Assembly (NCBI GenBank): GCA_041690135.1
Contig: JAWLHY010000001.1
Span: 800,001 to 864,000 of the forward strand
Direction: 5' to 3'
From: Armatimonadota bacterium
GTDB taxonomy: Bacteria; Armatimonadota; SYMT01
DNA length: 64,000 nt
The translations under genes and the position numbers were made by a program. This document shows positions 26,855 to 36,193 of the stretch, in pieces; within the stretch, counting starts at the first letter, position 1; every line of letters starts with the position of its first letter. The notes under the pieces are model-generated. The model ran no database searches and was not told the DNA's origin. It worked only from the letters and a program-made list of their open reading frames with translations.

Positions 26855-28230
26855 CGGTGGTCCTCCTCGTGGTGGTCTTCCGCGGGGCGAGCAGCGGCCG
26901 GTGCGGCGGGCGCGGTCTTCCCGGGCTCGAAATGGCGGCCGTCGATGAACAGGAACCGCACCCGGGTCTTTTCCGCGAAGAGGTCTCCGTCGGTCACCGT
27001 CAGGTTCGCGATCTTGCCTCGCTCCAGCGAGCCCAACTGGCGCTCGGCGCCGAGGATCTCGGCCGCGGTGAGGGTCAGCGCGCGCAGGGCGGTGTCCGGA
27101 GGGAGACCGGCCTGGACCGATCGCCGGATGTTCCGGAGGAAGTCGCGGGAAGCCAGGCCTTCGGAGGCGAAGGCGAACCGGACGCCCGCCCGGTGCAGCT
27201 CGCCGGGGTTCTTCGGGGCCTCCACGCGCTGGCGCAGGCTCCGCAGGGACTCCTCTTCATCCGGGTCGGGGTTCTTCGGCTTCTCGGGGAAGTTGACGGT
27301 GAGCAGCACCGGAACCCGCTTCGCCGCCAGCGCCTTCGCCGTTTCTCCCGCGCGGTTGCCGCCCAGGAGGAAGGGGTTCACGTCCAGCGTCTCCGCCAAC
27401 TCCAGGGCGCGCACGATCTGGGGCGGGTCGCCTCCGGGGATCGCCACCGGCAGCTCCCGGCGCGCCGCGGGCCGCAGCGCTTCCCACGTCCGGTGGGTCT
27501 CCGGCCGCCGCAGGCCCAGCGGGTCCTGGGCATACAGGCTCCAGGCCTCCGCGTTCCGGCGGGCATCGAGGAACGTCTGGCGGATGTAGGCCAGCACCCC
27601 CATCAGCGATCCGGGATAGCCGCTCCGGGCGGAGCTCAGCCGCAGGTGCAGCGCCACGGGAGAGCGGACCACCGCCGTGTCCCGGTCGCCGTTCAGGTTC
27701 ACGAGGGCGCTCTGGCCCGCGAAGATCCCCCGGTTGGGGAGGGTGAGGACAGTCGTAAAACCGGACTGCCGTGCCGCCTCGATCTTGCTGTTCGCTACGG
27801 CCAGCATATCCGCCACGCGCACGTGGGCCTGCTGGTCCGGGTCTTCCGGCGGGGCATCCGGAGAGCGCGGCGGGGGCGAAGAAGAGCTGGGCGGCGGCGT
27901 GGGAAGCCCGATCTCCGTGCCGGCATCGATCAGGCCCGGGTAAACCGTCAGGTTCTTGCCTTCATAGATCCGCGCCTCGGGAGGGATAGCCACCCCCGCG
28001 CCGACCGCCTCGATGAGGCCTTCCCGGATAACGACAGTCCCCTTCTCCAACGGTGGACCGGACACCGGCACGATCCGGGCATCGCGGATGGCGAACACCT
28101 CCGGCGGGTCGCTCCAGGCCTGGGGCAGGCTTCCGGCCAGGAGCAGCCCGGCCAGCAGCCCAACGGCACTTTGGGTCCCCCACTGGGGAACGCGGCGGAG
28201 CGGCCACCCCGCATCTTCGCAGCCCGCCAT
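26851..28230 (-). CDS. Secreted amidohydrolase-family protein with degenerate metal site
   Basis: VYPGLIDAGT, YPGSLMG and GSLERGKIANL; 4-bp overlap with the next gene. Start uncertain. Confidence 0.87.
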   Translation of the reverse strand: MAGCEDAGWPLRRVPQWGTQSAVGLLAGLLLAGSLPQAWSDPPEVFAIRDARIVPVSGPPLEKGTVVIREGLIEAVGAGVAIPPEARIYEGKNLTVYPGLIDAGTEIGLPTPPPSSSSPPPRSPDAPPEDPDQQAHVRVADMLAVANSKIEAARQSGFTTVLTLPNRGIFAGQSALVNLNGDRDTAVVRSPVALHLRLSSARSGYPGSLMGVLAYIRQTFLDARRNAEAWSLYAQDPLGLRRPETHRTWEALRPAARRELPVAIPGGDPPQIVRALELAETLDVNPFLLGGNRAGETAKALAAKRVPVLLTVNFPEKPKNPDPDEEESLRSLRQRVEAPKNPGELHRAGVRFAFASEGLASRDFLRNIRRSVQAGLPPDTALRALTLTAAEILGAERQLGSLERGKIANLTVTDGDLFAEKTRVRFLFIDGRHFEPGKTAPAAPAAARPAEDHHEEDHR

Positions 28231-28394
28231 ACTTTATCTCCTCGCCACCCGGTGAAGAGCCGGGGTGCTTTGATCTTGAATTGTTCAGCCTGGACTTTTC
28301 CTACCGTCGAGGAGTCGCATCATCGGCGTGGCCGAGCCCCAAGAGCTTTCGAGAAGGCACGCGGGTCGTAGGCTCAAACGGTTCACCCTGGTTT

Positions 28395-28541
28395 GTAGTA
28401 GCGGGCTTTAGCCCGCGTGCTTGCGATCCCATTCACGGCACCTGTTCTGAACAGATGCCCCTCGCAGCGTCCACGGTGCCCCAGGGGACAGGCACCACAT
28501 CCCCTATCGCGAGTGCGGACAGCGCTAAAGCGCTTGACTAC
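28395..28541. repeat. Inverted pair of GTAG-footed REP-like hairpins
   Basis: GTAG-TA-GCGGGC-TTTA-GCCCGC on plus (28395-28416) and GTAG-TCA-AGCGC-TTTA-GCGCT on minus (28521-28541). Confidence 0.6.
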
Positions 28542-28635
28542 AAGCCAGAGGTCCCTGTTCGCAGTTACGCGGTTTGAGGATCGACCCCGGCCGGAAGCCC
28601 ACGGGCGTTAGTCTGTGGGCTCCCGTTTTCCGGCG

Positions 28636-29832
28636 TCACCTGGATCTCTGTTCGATCACCGCGCGGATGCGCCGCAGCCCTTCCATCAGCAACTCGCGGG
28701 AGGTGGCGAAGGAGATGCGGATGTACTCCTGGTCCTCGCCCACGTTCCGCGTGCCGAAGTTGCTGCGGGCCAGCACCGCCACGTTGCCGTCGTAGAGCAT
28801 GGTGTGCTGGAACTCCTCGGCGTTCTTCAGGCCCAGCAGCCGGCAGGCTTCGGTGACGTTGGGGAAGGCATAGAACGCCCCCTGCGGCATCACGCAGGAG
28901 ATGCCCGGGATCGCATTGAGCTCCGCCACCGCCATGTCGCGGCGGGCCTTGAACTCGCCGATCATCGCGCGGACGGCATCCTGCGGACCATTCAGCGCCT
29001 CCACACCGGCGTCCTGGACAAAGGTAGAGGTGCAGGAGACGATGTTCGTGTTCATCTGCGCGACCTTCTCCGCCAGCGCCACCGGCATGGCCCCGTAGCC
29101 CAGGCGCCAGCCGGTCATCGCGTAGGTCTTGGAGAAGCCGTCGAGGACGATAGTCCGCTCCTTCATCCCGGGAATCTGGGTGATGCTGACGTGCTGCCCC
29201 TCGAAGAGGAACTCGCTGTAGATCTCGTCCGCCAGCACCCAGGCGTCGCACTCCAGCGCGATCTCCGCTATCGCCTCCATATCCTGCCGGCTCAGCACGC
29301 CGCCCGTGGGGTTGTTGGGCGAGTTGAGGACGATCAGCCGCGTCTTCGCGGAGGCCGCCTGGCGGAGTTGGTCCAGGTCGATCCGGAACTCGCGCGGCTC
29401 CACCAGCGCCATCGGCACGGGCGTCGCGCCGGCGAAGTTGATGACCGACTCATAGATCGGAAAGCCGGGGTTGGGGTAAATCACCTCATCGCCCGGCTCG
29501 GCAATCGCCATGATGGTGTGGAACAGGATCGGCTTGGCGCCGGGGGTCACCACGATCTCTTCCGGGCTGAACTCCACCCCGCGCGAGCGGGTGAGATACG
29601 CCGCCGCCGCCTCGCGGAGCGGAGGAATGCCGGCCGAGGGGCCGTAGTGGGTGCGGCCCGCGTCCAGCGACCGCTTCGCCGCCTCCCGGATATTCTCCGG
29701 GGTGTCGAAGTCCGGGTCGCCGATGCCCAGGCTCACGATGTCCCGGCCCTGCGCCGCAAGCTTCTGCACCTGCGCCAGCACCGTAAAGGCGTTTTCCGTC
29801 CCCAACCGGGACATGCGTTCAGCAAACTTCAT
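28636..29832 (-). CDS. PLP-dependent aminotransferase class I/II (aspartate aminotransferase-like)
   Basis: LGIGDPDF, NSPNNPTG, ADEIY, GFSKTYAMTGWRLG and GAFYAF. Confidence 0.95.
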   Translation of the reverse strand: MKFAERMSRLGTENAFTVLAQVQKLAAQGRDIVSLGIGDPDFDTPENIREAAKRSLDAGRTHYGPSAGIPPLREAAAAYLTRSRGVEFSPEEIVVTPGAKPILFHTIMAIAEPGDEVIYPNPGFPIYESVINFAGATPVPMALVEPREFRIDLDQLRQAASAKTRLIVLNSPNNPTGGVLSRQDMEAIAEIALECDAWVLADEIYSEFLFEGQHVSITQIPGMKERTIVLDGFSKTYAMTGWRLGYGAMPVALAEKVAQMNTNIVSCTSTFVQDAGVEALNGPQDAVRAMIGEFKARRDMAVAELNAIPGISCVMPQGAFYAFPNVTEACRLLGLKNAEEFQHTMLYDGNVAVLARSNFGTRNVGEDQEYIRISFATSRELLMEGLRRIRAVIEQRSR

Positions 29833-29926
29833 CCGTCACTCCTCTGGAACTGGAACGTGAAGACGCCGCCGTCTCCCCTCCTCAATCAGCCGTTCTCATT
29901 CTAACATCTCAAGTGGTGAAAGCCGG

Positions 29927-30400
29927 TCACGCTTCGTCCACGGCGGGCTGGAACAGGATCCGGCAGGCCTGGAGGATGTTCTTCACGCGGCGTCGCAGTT
30001 CCGCATCCGCGAGCTGTTCCGGGTTCTCCAGGGGCAGGCGAACGATGAACCGGAAGGCCGGGCGCTCGAAGAAATGCTCCATCGGCAGCGGCTCCTCCCC
30101 CAGGTCGCACAACTCGTCGCCCAGGAGGTCGTCGAGATCCCCGCCGTTGTCGAGGACCATCTCCTCGATCTCTTCGTTGATCATGCGCCCTTCGGTTCCG
30201 AACCCCACCTGGAGCTCGCCCTTCTCCAGGTCGACACGCGCCTCGTAGTAGCTCTTCTTGCCCACACAGAGCCGGACCGAACTGTCCCAGTCCCGCGCCT
30301 GGTCCCCCTCCAGCACCAGGATCGGATCGTAGGTTGCGTCGGATCGGTATTCGCCGACCATCCAGTCCCGGAACGCCGCCACCTGGGAATGTACTTGCAT
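29927..30400 (-). CDS. Acidic hypothetical protein (157 aa)
   Basis: AAGGAG before ATG 30400; GC3-rich codon usage; no recognised motif. Confidence 0.75.
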   Translation of the reverse strand: MQVHSQVAAFRDWMVGEYRSDATYDPILVLEGDQARDWDSSVRLCVGKKSYYEARVDLEKGELQVGFGTEGRMINEEIEEMVLDNGGDLDDLLGDELCDLGEEPLPMEHFFERPAFRFIVRLPLENPEQLADAELRRRVKNILQACRILFQPAVDEA

Positions 30401-30435
30401 CTGCGATCTCCTTGAAAAGTGCCCGCCGGCAGAGC

Positions 30436-30700
30436 GAATGGGAGTATAGGGGAAAGGGAGAATGGGTGACCCGGAACACCTGCGAAGGTTCATTTTGCTC
30501 CTGTAGCGTCCCAATCCCTCTACCGTCCGGTCGCCGTCTCGACCTACCACGAATTCTCCCCACACGCCGGCTTCCCCATTCCCTCCGCCCCCATGACGGC
30601 CATCGGGCACACGGGCTCCCATTCGCCCGTTCACTCTGGCACAGAGGCACCACTCTGGAACACTTGGGCTCCCGTTCCCCACTCTCCCCATCTCCCATTC
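30436..30700. repeat. Inverted arrays of degenerate octamers (GAATGGGA-like)
   Basis: gaatggga-gtataggg-gaaaggga-gaatgggt at 30436-30467; complementary (t)cccattc-type runs at about 30616-30632 and 30670-30700. Confidence 0.5.
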
Positions 30701-30819
30701 GTTCGGGTACCCAGCCGGCAGCAGTGGATCAAGGAGGAGAACCCGGAACCGTAGTGCATTTACTATCTGGCAATGACTTTGAGCGCCGGAGTGCCGGACA
30801 CCGTCCGGGAGGAGAACCG

Positions 30820-31551
30820 ATGGGCAAGCTGGAGGGGAAGGTCGCTATCGTTACGGGTGGGAACCGCGGGATCGGCGCGGCGATCGCCCGGGCCTTCGTG
30901 CGCGAGGGATGCGCGGTGACCGTGGCCGCGCGGGATGCGGCGAAGCTGGAAGAGGCGGCAGCGGAGCTGGAGGGCATGGGCGGCCGCGTGCTGGCGGTGC
31001 CGACCGACATCACGAGCGAAAGCGACGTGGAGGCGCTGTTCGAGCGCAGCCAGGCGCACCACGGCCGGCTCGATATCCTGGTCAACAACGCGGGGGCGTT
31101 CGACGGCGGTCCGCTGGACGAGTTGACCCTGGAGACCTGGGAAAAGGTGATGGCGGTCAACCTGCGGGGACCGTTCCTCTGCACTCGCGCCGCCTTCCGG
31201 ATCATGAAGCCGCAGCGGGGTGGGCGAATCATCAACATCGCCAGCATTTCCGCCCAGCGGGTCCGGATGAACTCCGCGCCCTACAGCACCAGCAAGCACG
31301 GCCTCTGGGGCCTCACGCAGTGTACGGCGCTGGAAGGCCGCGAGTACGGGATTGCAGCGAGTTGTCTCCACCCCGGCAACGCCCTCAACGACAAGCGCGC
31401 CCTCGGCATGACCGAAGCGGACCGCGAGCCGATGATGACCTGCGACGAGCTGGCCGAGACGGCCCTGCTAATGGCCTCGCTCCCGCCGCACGTAAACATG
31501 CTGGAGGCCATCGTGCTCCCGGTCGAGCAGCTCTACATCGGCCGCGGCTAA
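30820..31551 (+). CDS. Short-chain dehydrogenase/reductase
   Basis: TGGNRGIG, DILVNNAG and YSTSK (YxxxK); GGAGGAG ribosome-binding site. Confidence 0.95.
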   Translation: MGKLEGKVAIVTGGNRGIGAAIARAFVREGCAVTVAARDAAKLEEAAAELEGMGGRVLAVPTDITSESDVEALFERSQAHHGRLDILVNNAGAFDGGPLDELTLETWEKVMAVNLRGPFLCTRAAFRIMKPQRGGRIINIASISAQRVRMNSAPYSTSKHGLWGLTQCTALEGREYGIAASCLHPGNALNDKRALGMTEADREPMMTCDELAETALLMASLPPHVNMLEAIVLPVEQLYIGRG

Positions 31552-31628
31552 CGGACCCGGCCTGAAAGAGTCTCACGAAGAAAGCCGGCAAACGGCACAA
31601 CCCAACGAAGCAGATTGCGAGTAGATCC

Positions 31629-33044
31629 TTGGCAACCGCAACCACCGCCACCGATACCGCCGCGGCCGTTGAGGCTCCCGCGGCGCATCCGACCACGGGA
31701 CAACCGTGGGCCTACATCCCCATCCTCTACTTCCTGGAGGGGCTACCGAACATTCTGGTCACCGCCTTCGCCGGGCTGATGTTCAAGGACCTGGGGATCA
31801 CGAATGACCGGATCGGCCTCTGGACGAACCTCATCGCGCTGGCGTGGACGGCCAAGATGCTGTGGGGTCCCCTGGTCGATCTCACACTCACCAAGCGGCG
31901 CTGGACGCTGCTCACCCAGGGGTTGATGGTGCTGCTCATCGCGGCGCTGGCGTGGGCGGTCACCCTCCCCAGCTTCTTTACCGCGTGCCTGGTCATGCTC
32001 ACCGGCCTCGCGTTCGTCTCCGCCACGCACGACATCGCCGCCGACGGCTTCTACCTGCTGGCGCTGGATAAGCAGACCCAGGCCTTCTTTGTCGGCGTGC
32101 GCAGTACCTTCTACCGGCTCTCAGTCATGTTCGGCAGCGGAACCCTGATCTGGTTGGCCGGCAGCCTTGCGCTGCTGCATTCGCCGGAGGGAGAGGGCGC
32201 GAGCAAAGTGCCCGGATGGCTCGCATCGCTGGACAGCGCGGCCGCGCCCCTGGTGGCGGACCCGACGCGGCGCTCCTGGGCGCTGGCCCTCGGTTTCGGA
32301 GCCCTCGTTTATGGATTGCTCTTCGTGGTCAACAGCCTGCTGCTTCCGAAGCCGCCGACGGACAGCCCGGAGCACCGGCCCGCCCCGGGCGAGCAGGTGC
32401 CGTGGAAAGAGGCGTTCGCGGCGTTCTTCCAGCAGCCGAAGATCTTCTGGATCCTCTCGTTCATCGTCTTCTACCGCTTCGGCGAATCGATGATCGGCAC
32501 GATGTCCGGCCTCTTCCTCCGGGACACCGTGGACAAAGGCGGGCTGGGCGTTCCCACCGCCGTCATCGGCAGCATCACCGGCTACTACGGCGTGGCGGCC
32601 CTCACCCTCGGCGGCATTCTGGGTGGTTTCGTCATCTCAAAGTACGGCATCAAGCGGTGCCTCTGGCCGATGGTCCTGTCGCTCAACGTCCCCAACCTCT
32701 TCTACGTCTGGGCGGCCTTCGCGCACCCCGGCATCGAATCGGTGAAGTGGCTGATCGCGGTCGACCAGTTCGGTTACGGCTTCGGCTTCAGTGCCTACAT
32801 GGTCTACCTGATGTTCATCTGCCAGGGCAGCCGCTATGAGACGAGCAGCTACGCCATCGCAACGGGCCTGATGGCGCTGGGCGCGCGCGGTGCGGGAATG
32901 CTAAGCGGGTACCTGCAGACGAGCCTGGGCTACGCCAACTTCTTCATCGTGGTCTGCCTGCTCACCATCCCCGGCATGATCACCCTCTTCTTCATCCCGC
33001 TGGACAAGAAGGACGTCTTCACCGCACCCGTAGATCTGGACTGA
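31629..33044 (+). CDS. MFS transporter, AmpG family
   Basis: LYFLEGLP, KMLWGPLVD, SATHDIAADGFY and YAIATGLM; many TM helices; TTG start. Confidence 0.88.
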   Translation: MATATTATDTAAAVEAPAAHPTTGQPWAYIPILYFLEGLPNILVTAFAGLMFKDLGITNDRIGLWTNLIALAWTAKMLWGPLVDLTLTKRRWTLLTQGLMVLLIAALAWAVTLPSFFTACLVMLTGLAFVSATHDIAADGFYLLALDKQTQAFFVGVRSTFYRLSVMFGSGTLIWLAGSLALLHSPEGEGASKVPGWLASLDSAAAPLVADPTRRSWALALGFGALVYGLLFVVNSLLLPKPPTDSPEHRPAPGEQVPWKEAFAAFFQQPKIFWILSFIVFYRFGESMIGTMSGLFLRDTVDKGGLGVPTAVIGSITGYYGVAALTLGGILGGFVISKYGIKRCLWPMVLSLNVPNLFYVWAAFAHPGIESVKWLIAVDQFGYGFGFSAYMVYLMFICQGSRYETSSYAIATGLMALGARGAGMLSGYLQTSLGYANFFIVVCLLTIPGMITLFFIPLDKKDVFTAPVDLD

Positions 33045-33059
33045 CGGATTGGAACGAGT

Positions 33060-33925
33060 CCACAGATGACGCAGCCCTACGGCCCGTATGGGATGGGAAA
33101 GATGGAAAGAGAAGCGGGGGAGGGCGAACCCATTTGATCTTTGCGATGATGGGTGGAGTTCTGTCGAATGAGACCCGGAGATATTGGGGTCCTGCAGAAA
33201 GCCATTGGGATAGCGCTTATTAGCAAGCCGTGCCGGTGAGAGCCCGATAGTCGGTTCTTTGCCGAGATATCTCTCGGACTCCGGGCAGGGTACAAGATGC
33301 TATCCTGCTTACCAATGCAAAGTTCTGGTGCGGAGGCCGGGCAAGGGACAAGCAGCCGTTTGTTTAACCAGAACGGGATCCTCGTCCATGCCCGGCGCAA
33401 GCGTCCGTAGGGAAGTCCCCGAGGTACCGGGGTTTTGCGCAAAACCCCTGGCATCTGCCCCGCCCCAAGCCGGTACCGGCTAAGTATCCCGAAGGCTAGC
33501 TCGCTGCCGAGGTATCCCTCGGACTCCGGGCAGGGTACGCGATGTTATCCGAGTTACCCGGATAGGTTCTGGCGCGTAAGGCAGGTAGGGGTCCAAGCGC
33601 TGTCCTCGTAACCAGTATTCGATATTGATCCATGCCCGGAGTCCCCGAGATATCGGGGGCCTGCGCAAAACCATTGGGATATCACACGCTCCCAATTCGG
33701 CAACCACACAGGATCCCTTGGTGGGGTCTCTGCCGAGATATCTCTCGGACTCCGGGCAGGGTGCAGCATGCCACCCTATATAGCAGGATTGGGTTCTGGT
33801 CCGTATGCCGAGTGGGGTGCAAGAAGCTATCCGGTTCATCAGGATTCGAGCCTAGGGTACGTGCCCGGCGCGAGGTCCATTTACCCGGCCCCCCAATCAT
33901 CCCCTTCAATCTGTGAAATCTGTGG
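33060..33925. repeat. Three tandem units of about 230-245 bp with alternating inverted REP-like hairpins, bounded by inverted CCACAGAT motifs
   Basis: Unit A gccgag(a/g)tatc(t/c)ctcggactccgggcagggt at 33261, 33506 and 33732; unit B (..cccgagatatcgggggcctgcgcaaaaccattgggat-like) at about 33171, 33414 and 33631. Confidence 0.85.
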
Positions 33926-35198
33926 CTCCCCCGCGTTCCTCGGTCCGGACCGCCAGGGCTTTGTCGATCCGTTCCTGCAGCGGGGGGTGGCTGAACATCC
34001 AGTACTTGATGAACGGGGGCGGCGAGGGGTGGCTGAGGTTCATCTCGCTGAGCTTGATAAACGCCGACGCCGCGGCCCGGCCGTCGCCGGTCAGGCGCAG
34101 CCCGAAGGTGTCGGCGCGGGACTCGATGGTCCGGGAGATAGCCGCCTCCACCGGGCTGCCGAAGAAGTTGATCAACATCAGGATCAACATCAGCACCGGC
34201 AGTGAGGCCAGGTCCTGCAGATCCCGCACCTGCCAGCGGTCGCCCTGGCGGCGGATCAGGACTCGCGCCACGCGGTCGGTGAACCAGAGCACGAAGAGGC
34301 TGCCCGCGATGCTGAAGGCCACCCCGATGGGGACGTGCCTCTCCACGTAGTGGCCCATTTCGTGCGCCATGATGAAGGCGACCTCATCATCGTCCAGCTT
34401 GTTCAGCAGGTTGTCCCACAGCACGATCCGGGCTGAGCCGCCCAGGCCGGTCACGTAGGCGTTGATCGCCTTAGTGCGCTGGCTGGCATCTACCTCGAAA
34501 ACACGACTTCGCTCGATGCCCGCCTCGCTCGCCAGTTCCAGAATCCGTTGTTTCAAGGGGCTGTCCGGGAGGGGCCGGAAGCGGTTGAAGAGCGGATCCA
34601 CCACGAGCGGCGCCACCACCACGGAGAAGATGATCAGCGGGATGGAGGCGAGCCAGAAGCCGAACCACCAGGTGGCCGGTTTGCGGCGCAGCGTCCAGTA
34701 GAGCAGCGCCACCACGGGCGAGGTGAGGAGTAGGCTAAGGCCGGTGCTCTTGGCCTGGTCCAGCAGCCATCCTTCCAGCTTTTGGTTTGAGAGCCCGTAC
34801 TGATGCGGCAGGAAGAAGCTGGAATAGAAGCTGAGGGGCAGCGTCAGCAGTCCGTAGGCCAGCATCAGGAGCGGGACGTAGATAAAAGCCTGGACCAATC
34901 CATGCCGCCCCTTACGCTCCGCCAGGTCCCGGAGGCGCGCGCTGACGCCGCCGCGCAGGATTACGAGCAGGGCCAGGGCATGGACCAGTGTGCCGGCGAA
35001 GTAGAGGGCGTAGCGGGTCCGGGAGTAGCGGACCATCTCCGGCGTGACGCGGACTGTCAATTCCCCGTTCTTGCCCTCCTCCTGCACGGTGGGCTGGAGC
35101 GCTTCCGGCTGCGCCGCCGCACTCTTTGGAAGCAGCGCGGCCGCAAACGCCAGGCCAAAGATCGCCCCCACCGCAATTCCGTAAAGCAGCTTTCGCAT
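33906..35198 (-). CDS. M48 family metallopeptidase (Ste24/CAAX protease-like)
   Basis: NAYVTGLG, HEMGH, ESRAD and SHPPLQERI; multiple TM helices. Confidence 0.93.
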   Translation of the reverse strand: MRKLLYGIAVGAIFGLAFAAALLPKSAAAQPEALQPTVQEEGKNGELTVRVTPEMVRYSRTRYALYFAGTLVHALALLVILRGGVSARLRDLAERKGRHGLVQAFIYVPLLMLAYGLLTLPLSFYSSFFLPHQYGLSNQKLEGWLLDQAKSTGLSLLLTSPVVALLYWTLRRKPATWWFGFWLASIPLIIFSVVVAPLVVDPLFNRFRPLPDSPLKQRILELASEAGIERSRVFEVDASQRTKAINAYVTGLGGSARIVLWDNLLNKLDDDEVAFIMAHEMGHYVERHVPIGVAFSIAGSLFVLWFTDRVARVLIRRQGDRWQVRDLQDLASLPVLMLILMLINFFGSPVEAAISRTIESRADTFGLRLTGDGRAAASAFIKLSEMNLSHPSPPPFIKYWMFSHPPLQERIDKALAVRTEERGGATDFTD

Positions 35199-35268
35199 CC
35201 AGACCCTGCTCCTCAACTTGTCTCCGCGCAATCCGCGTTACCTGGTACGTAGAGGGCCGCGTTTCGCG

Positions 35269-35351
35269 CAGGGCTCAACCTCTCCGTTCCGGTACCGCAC
35301 CGTCCCCGCCCAGGGCTGAACTCCTGGGCTCTGGTACTGCACCGTCCCCGC
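35269..35351. repeat. Imperfect 41-bp direct repeat, two copies
   Basis: cagggctcaacctctccgttccggtaccgcaccgtccccgc and cagggctgaactcctgggctctggtactgcaccgtccccgc. Confidence 0.6.
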
Positions 35352-35596
35352 ACCCCCTCGGGGCGTAAACCTTCGCGGGCACGTATCACGCGCATGCCTG
35401 GCTCAACTATCCAGACGCTGGGCCACGCCCATCTGCCTAACCCAGGAACCCCAACCGCCGCCCTGTGCCTCCACCGGGCGCCTGCGTAGGTTTACGCCCG
35501 GGTACCCGCGCGCGGGTGTGGGGTGCAGGGGCCGTGCTTTTCCAGAGCCCGGCCGTTCAGGACCGGGGCGGACGGTGCACCGGTGCGGATTCACCC

Positions 35597-36193
35597 TCAC
35601 CTCGGACCCGCCCCCACGACCAGGATCTCCTCGACTACCGCCCCCGAACCCACCAACTCCTCCCAGGAGTCCGTACCGCCCGTCTTACCGGCGGGAAACT
35701 CGAAACAGAAACTCCGGCCGGGTGCTTTCGCGAACAGGGCGCATACGTTCCCCTCTCCCGTAGCCACTGTTCCGCGACCGTAGAGCTCCCCCAGGCGACG
35801 CGCGGTGTCGCCGACGCGCGCGTCCTCCGGGGTGGCCAGGGTGTCCGATACGACCCGGATCCTCCAGACCCGCTCGTTCTGGAGTTCCGCCAGGAGCAGG
35901 TCCGTTCCCTGGTGACCCACAACGAGGGTTGGGGCGGGCATCCCCTCTAACTGGCGCTCTTCCCGGTTGACCTCCAGCTCCGGCTGCCGGACCTCCTCCG
36001 GAGTCATCCCCAGGCGCACCGGCCCCGCCGAGTCCGCGGTGATAAGCCGGCTGGAAAGAGCGTGAGGCTCCGGCCGGGTAACCGGCGCGGAGTCCGAGGC
36101 GTTGTTCACGCTCGGGGCACTATTGCATCCCAGCAGAGATGCGACCCCGAGCGTGACGAGCCAACTTGGTGCTTTCCTAGAAGTCGAACTGAT
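35597..36193 (-). CDS. Hypothetical lipoprotein; track start is GTG 36109, proposed start is ATC 36193
   Basis: In-frame upstream extension reads ISSTSRKAPSWLVTLGVASLLG-C; mature part has GPVRLGMT and RVGDT repeats. Confidence 0.6.
   Translation of the reverse strand: MSSTSRKAPSWLVTLGVASLLGCNSAPSVNNASDSAPVTRPEPHALSSRLITADSAGPVRLGMTPEEVRQPELEVNREERQLEGMPAPTLVVGHQGTDLLLAELQNERVWRIRVVSDTLATPEDARVGDTARRLGELYGRGTVATGEGNVCALFAKAPGRSFCFEFPAGKTGGTDSWEELVGSGAVVEEILVVGAGPR

Noticed and set aside
30401-30819. N-terminal extensions of ORFs 29927-30691 and 30334-31551
   Set aside because: The extensions run through repeat-rich intergenic DNA, and good ribosome-binding sites support starts at 30400 and 30820.
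33171-33870. CRISPR array
   Set aside because: Repeats alternate in orientation, the linkers are long and homologous to each other rather than unique, and there are no adjacent cas genes.
33077-33916. Short ORFs inside the repeat array
   Set aside because: Atypical codon usage, mutually overlapping frames and no ribosome-binding sites; they are by-products of the repeats.
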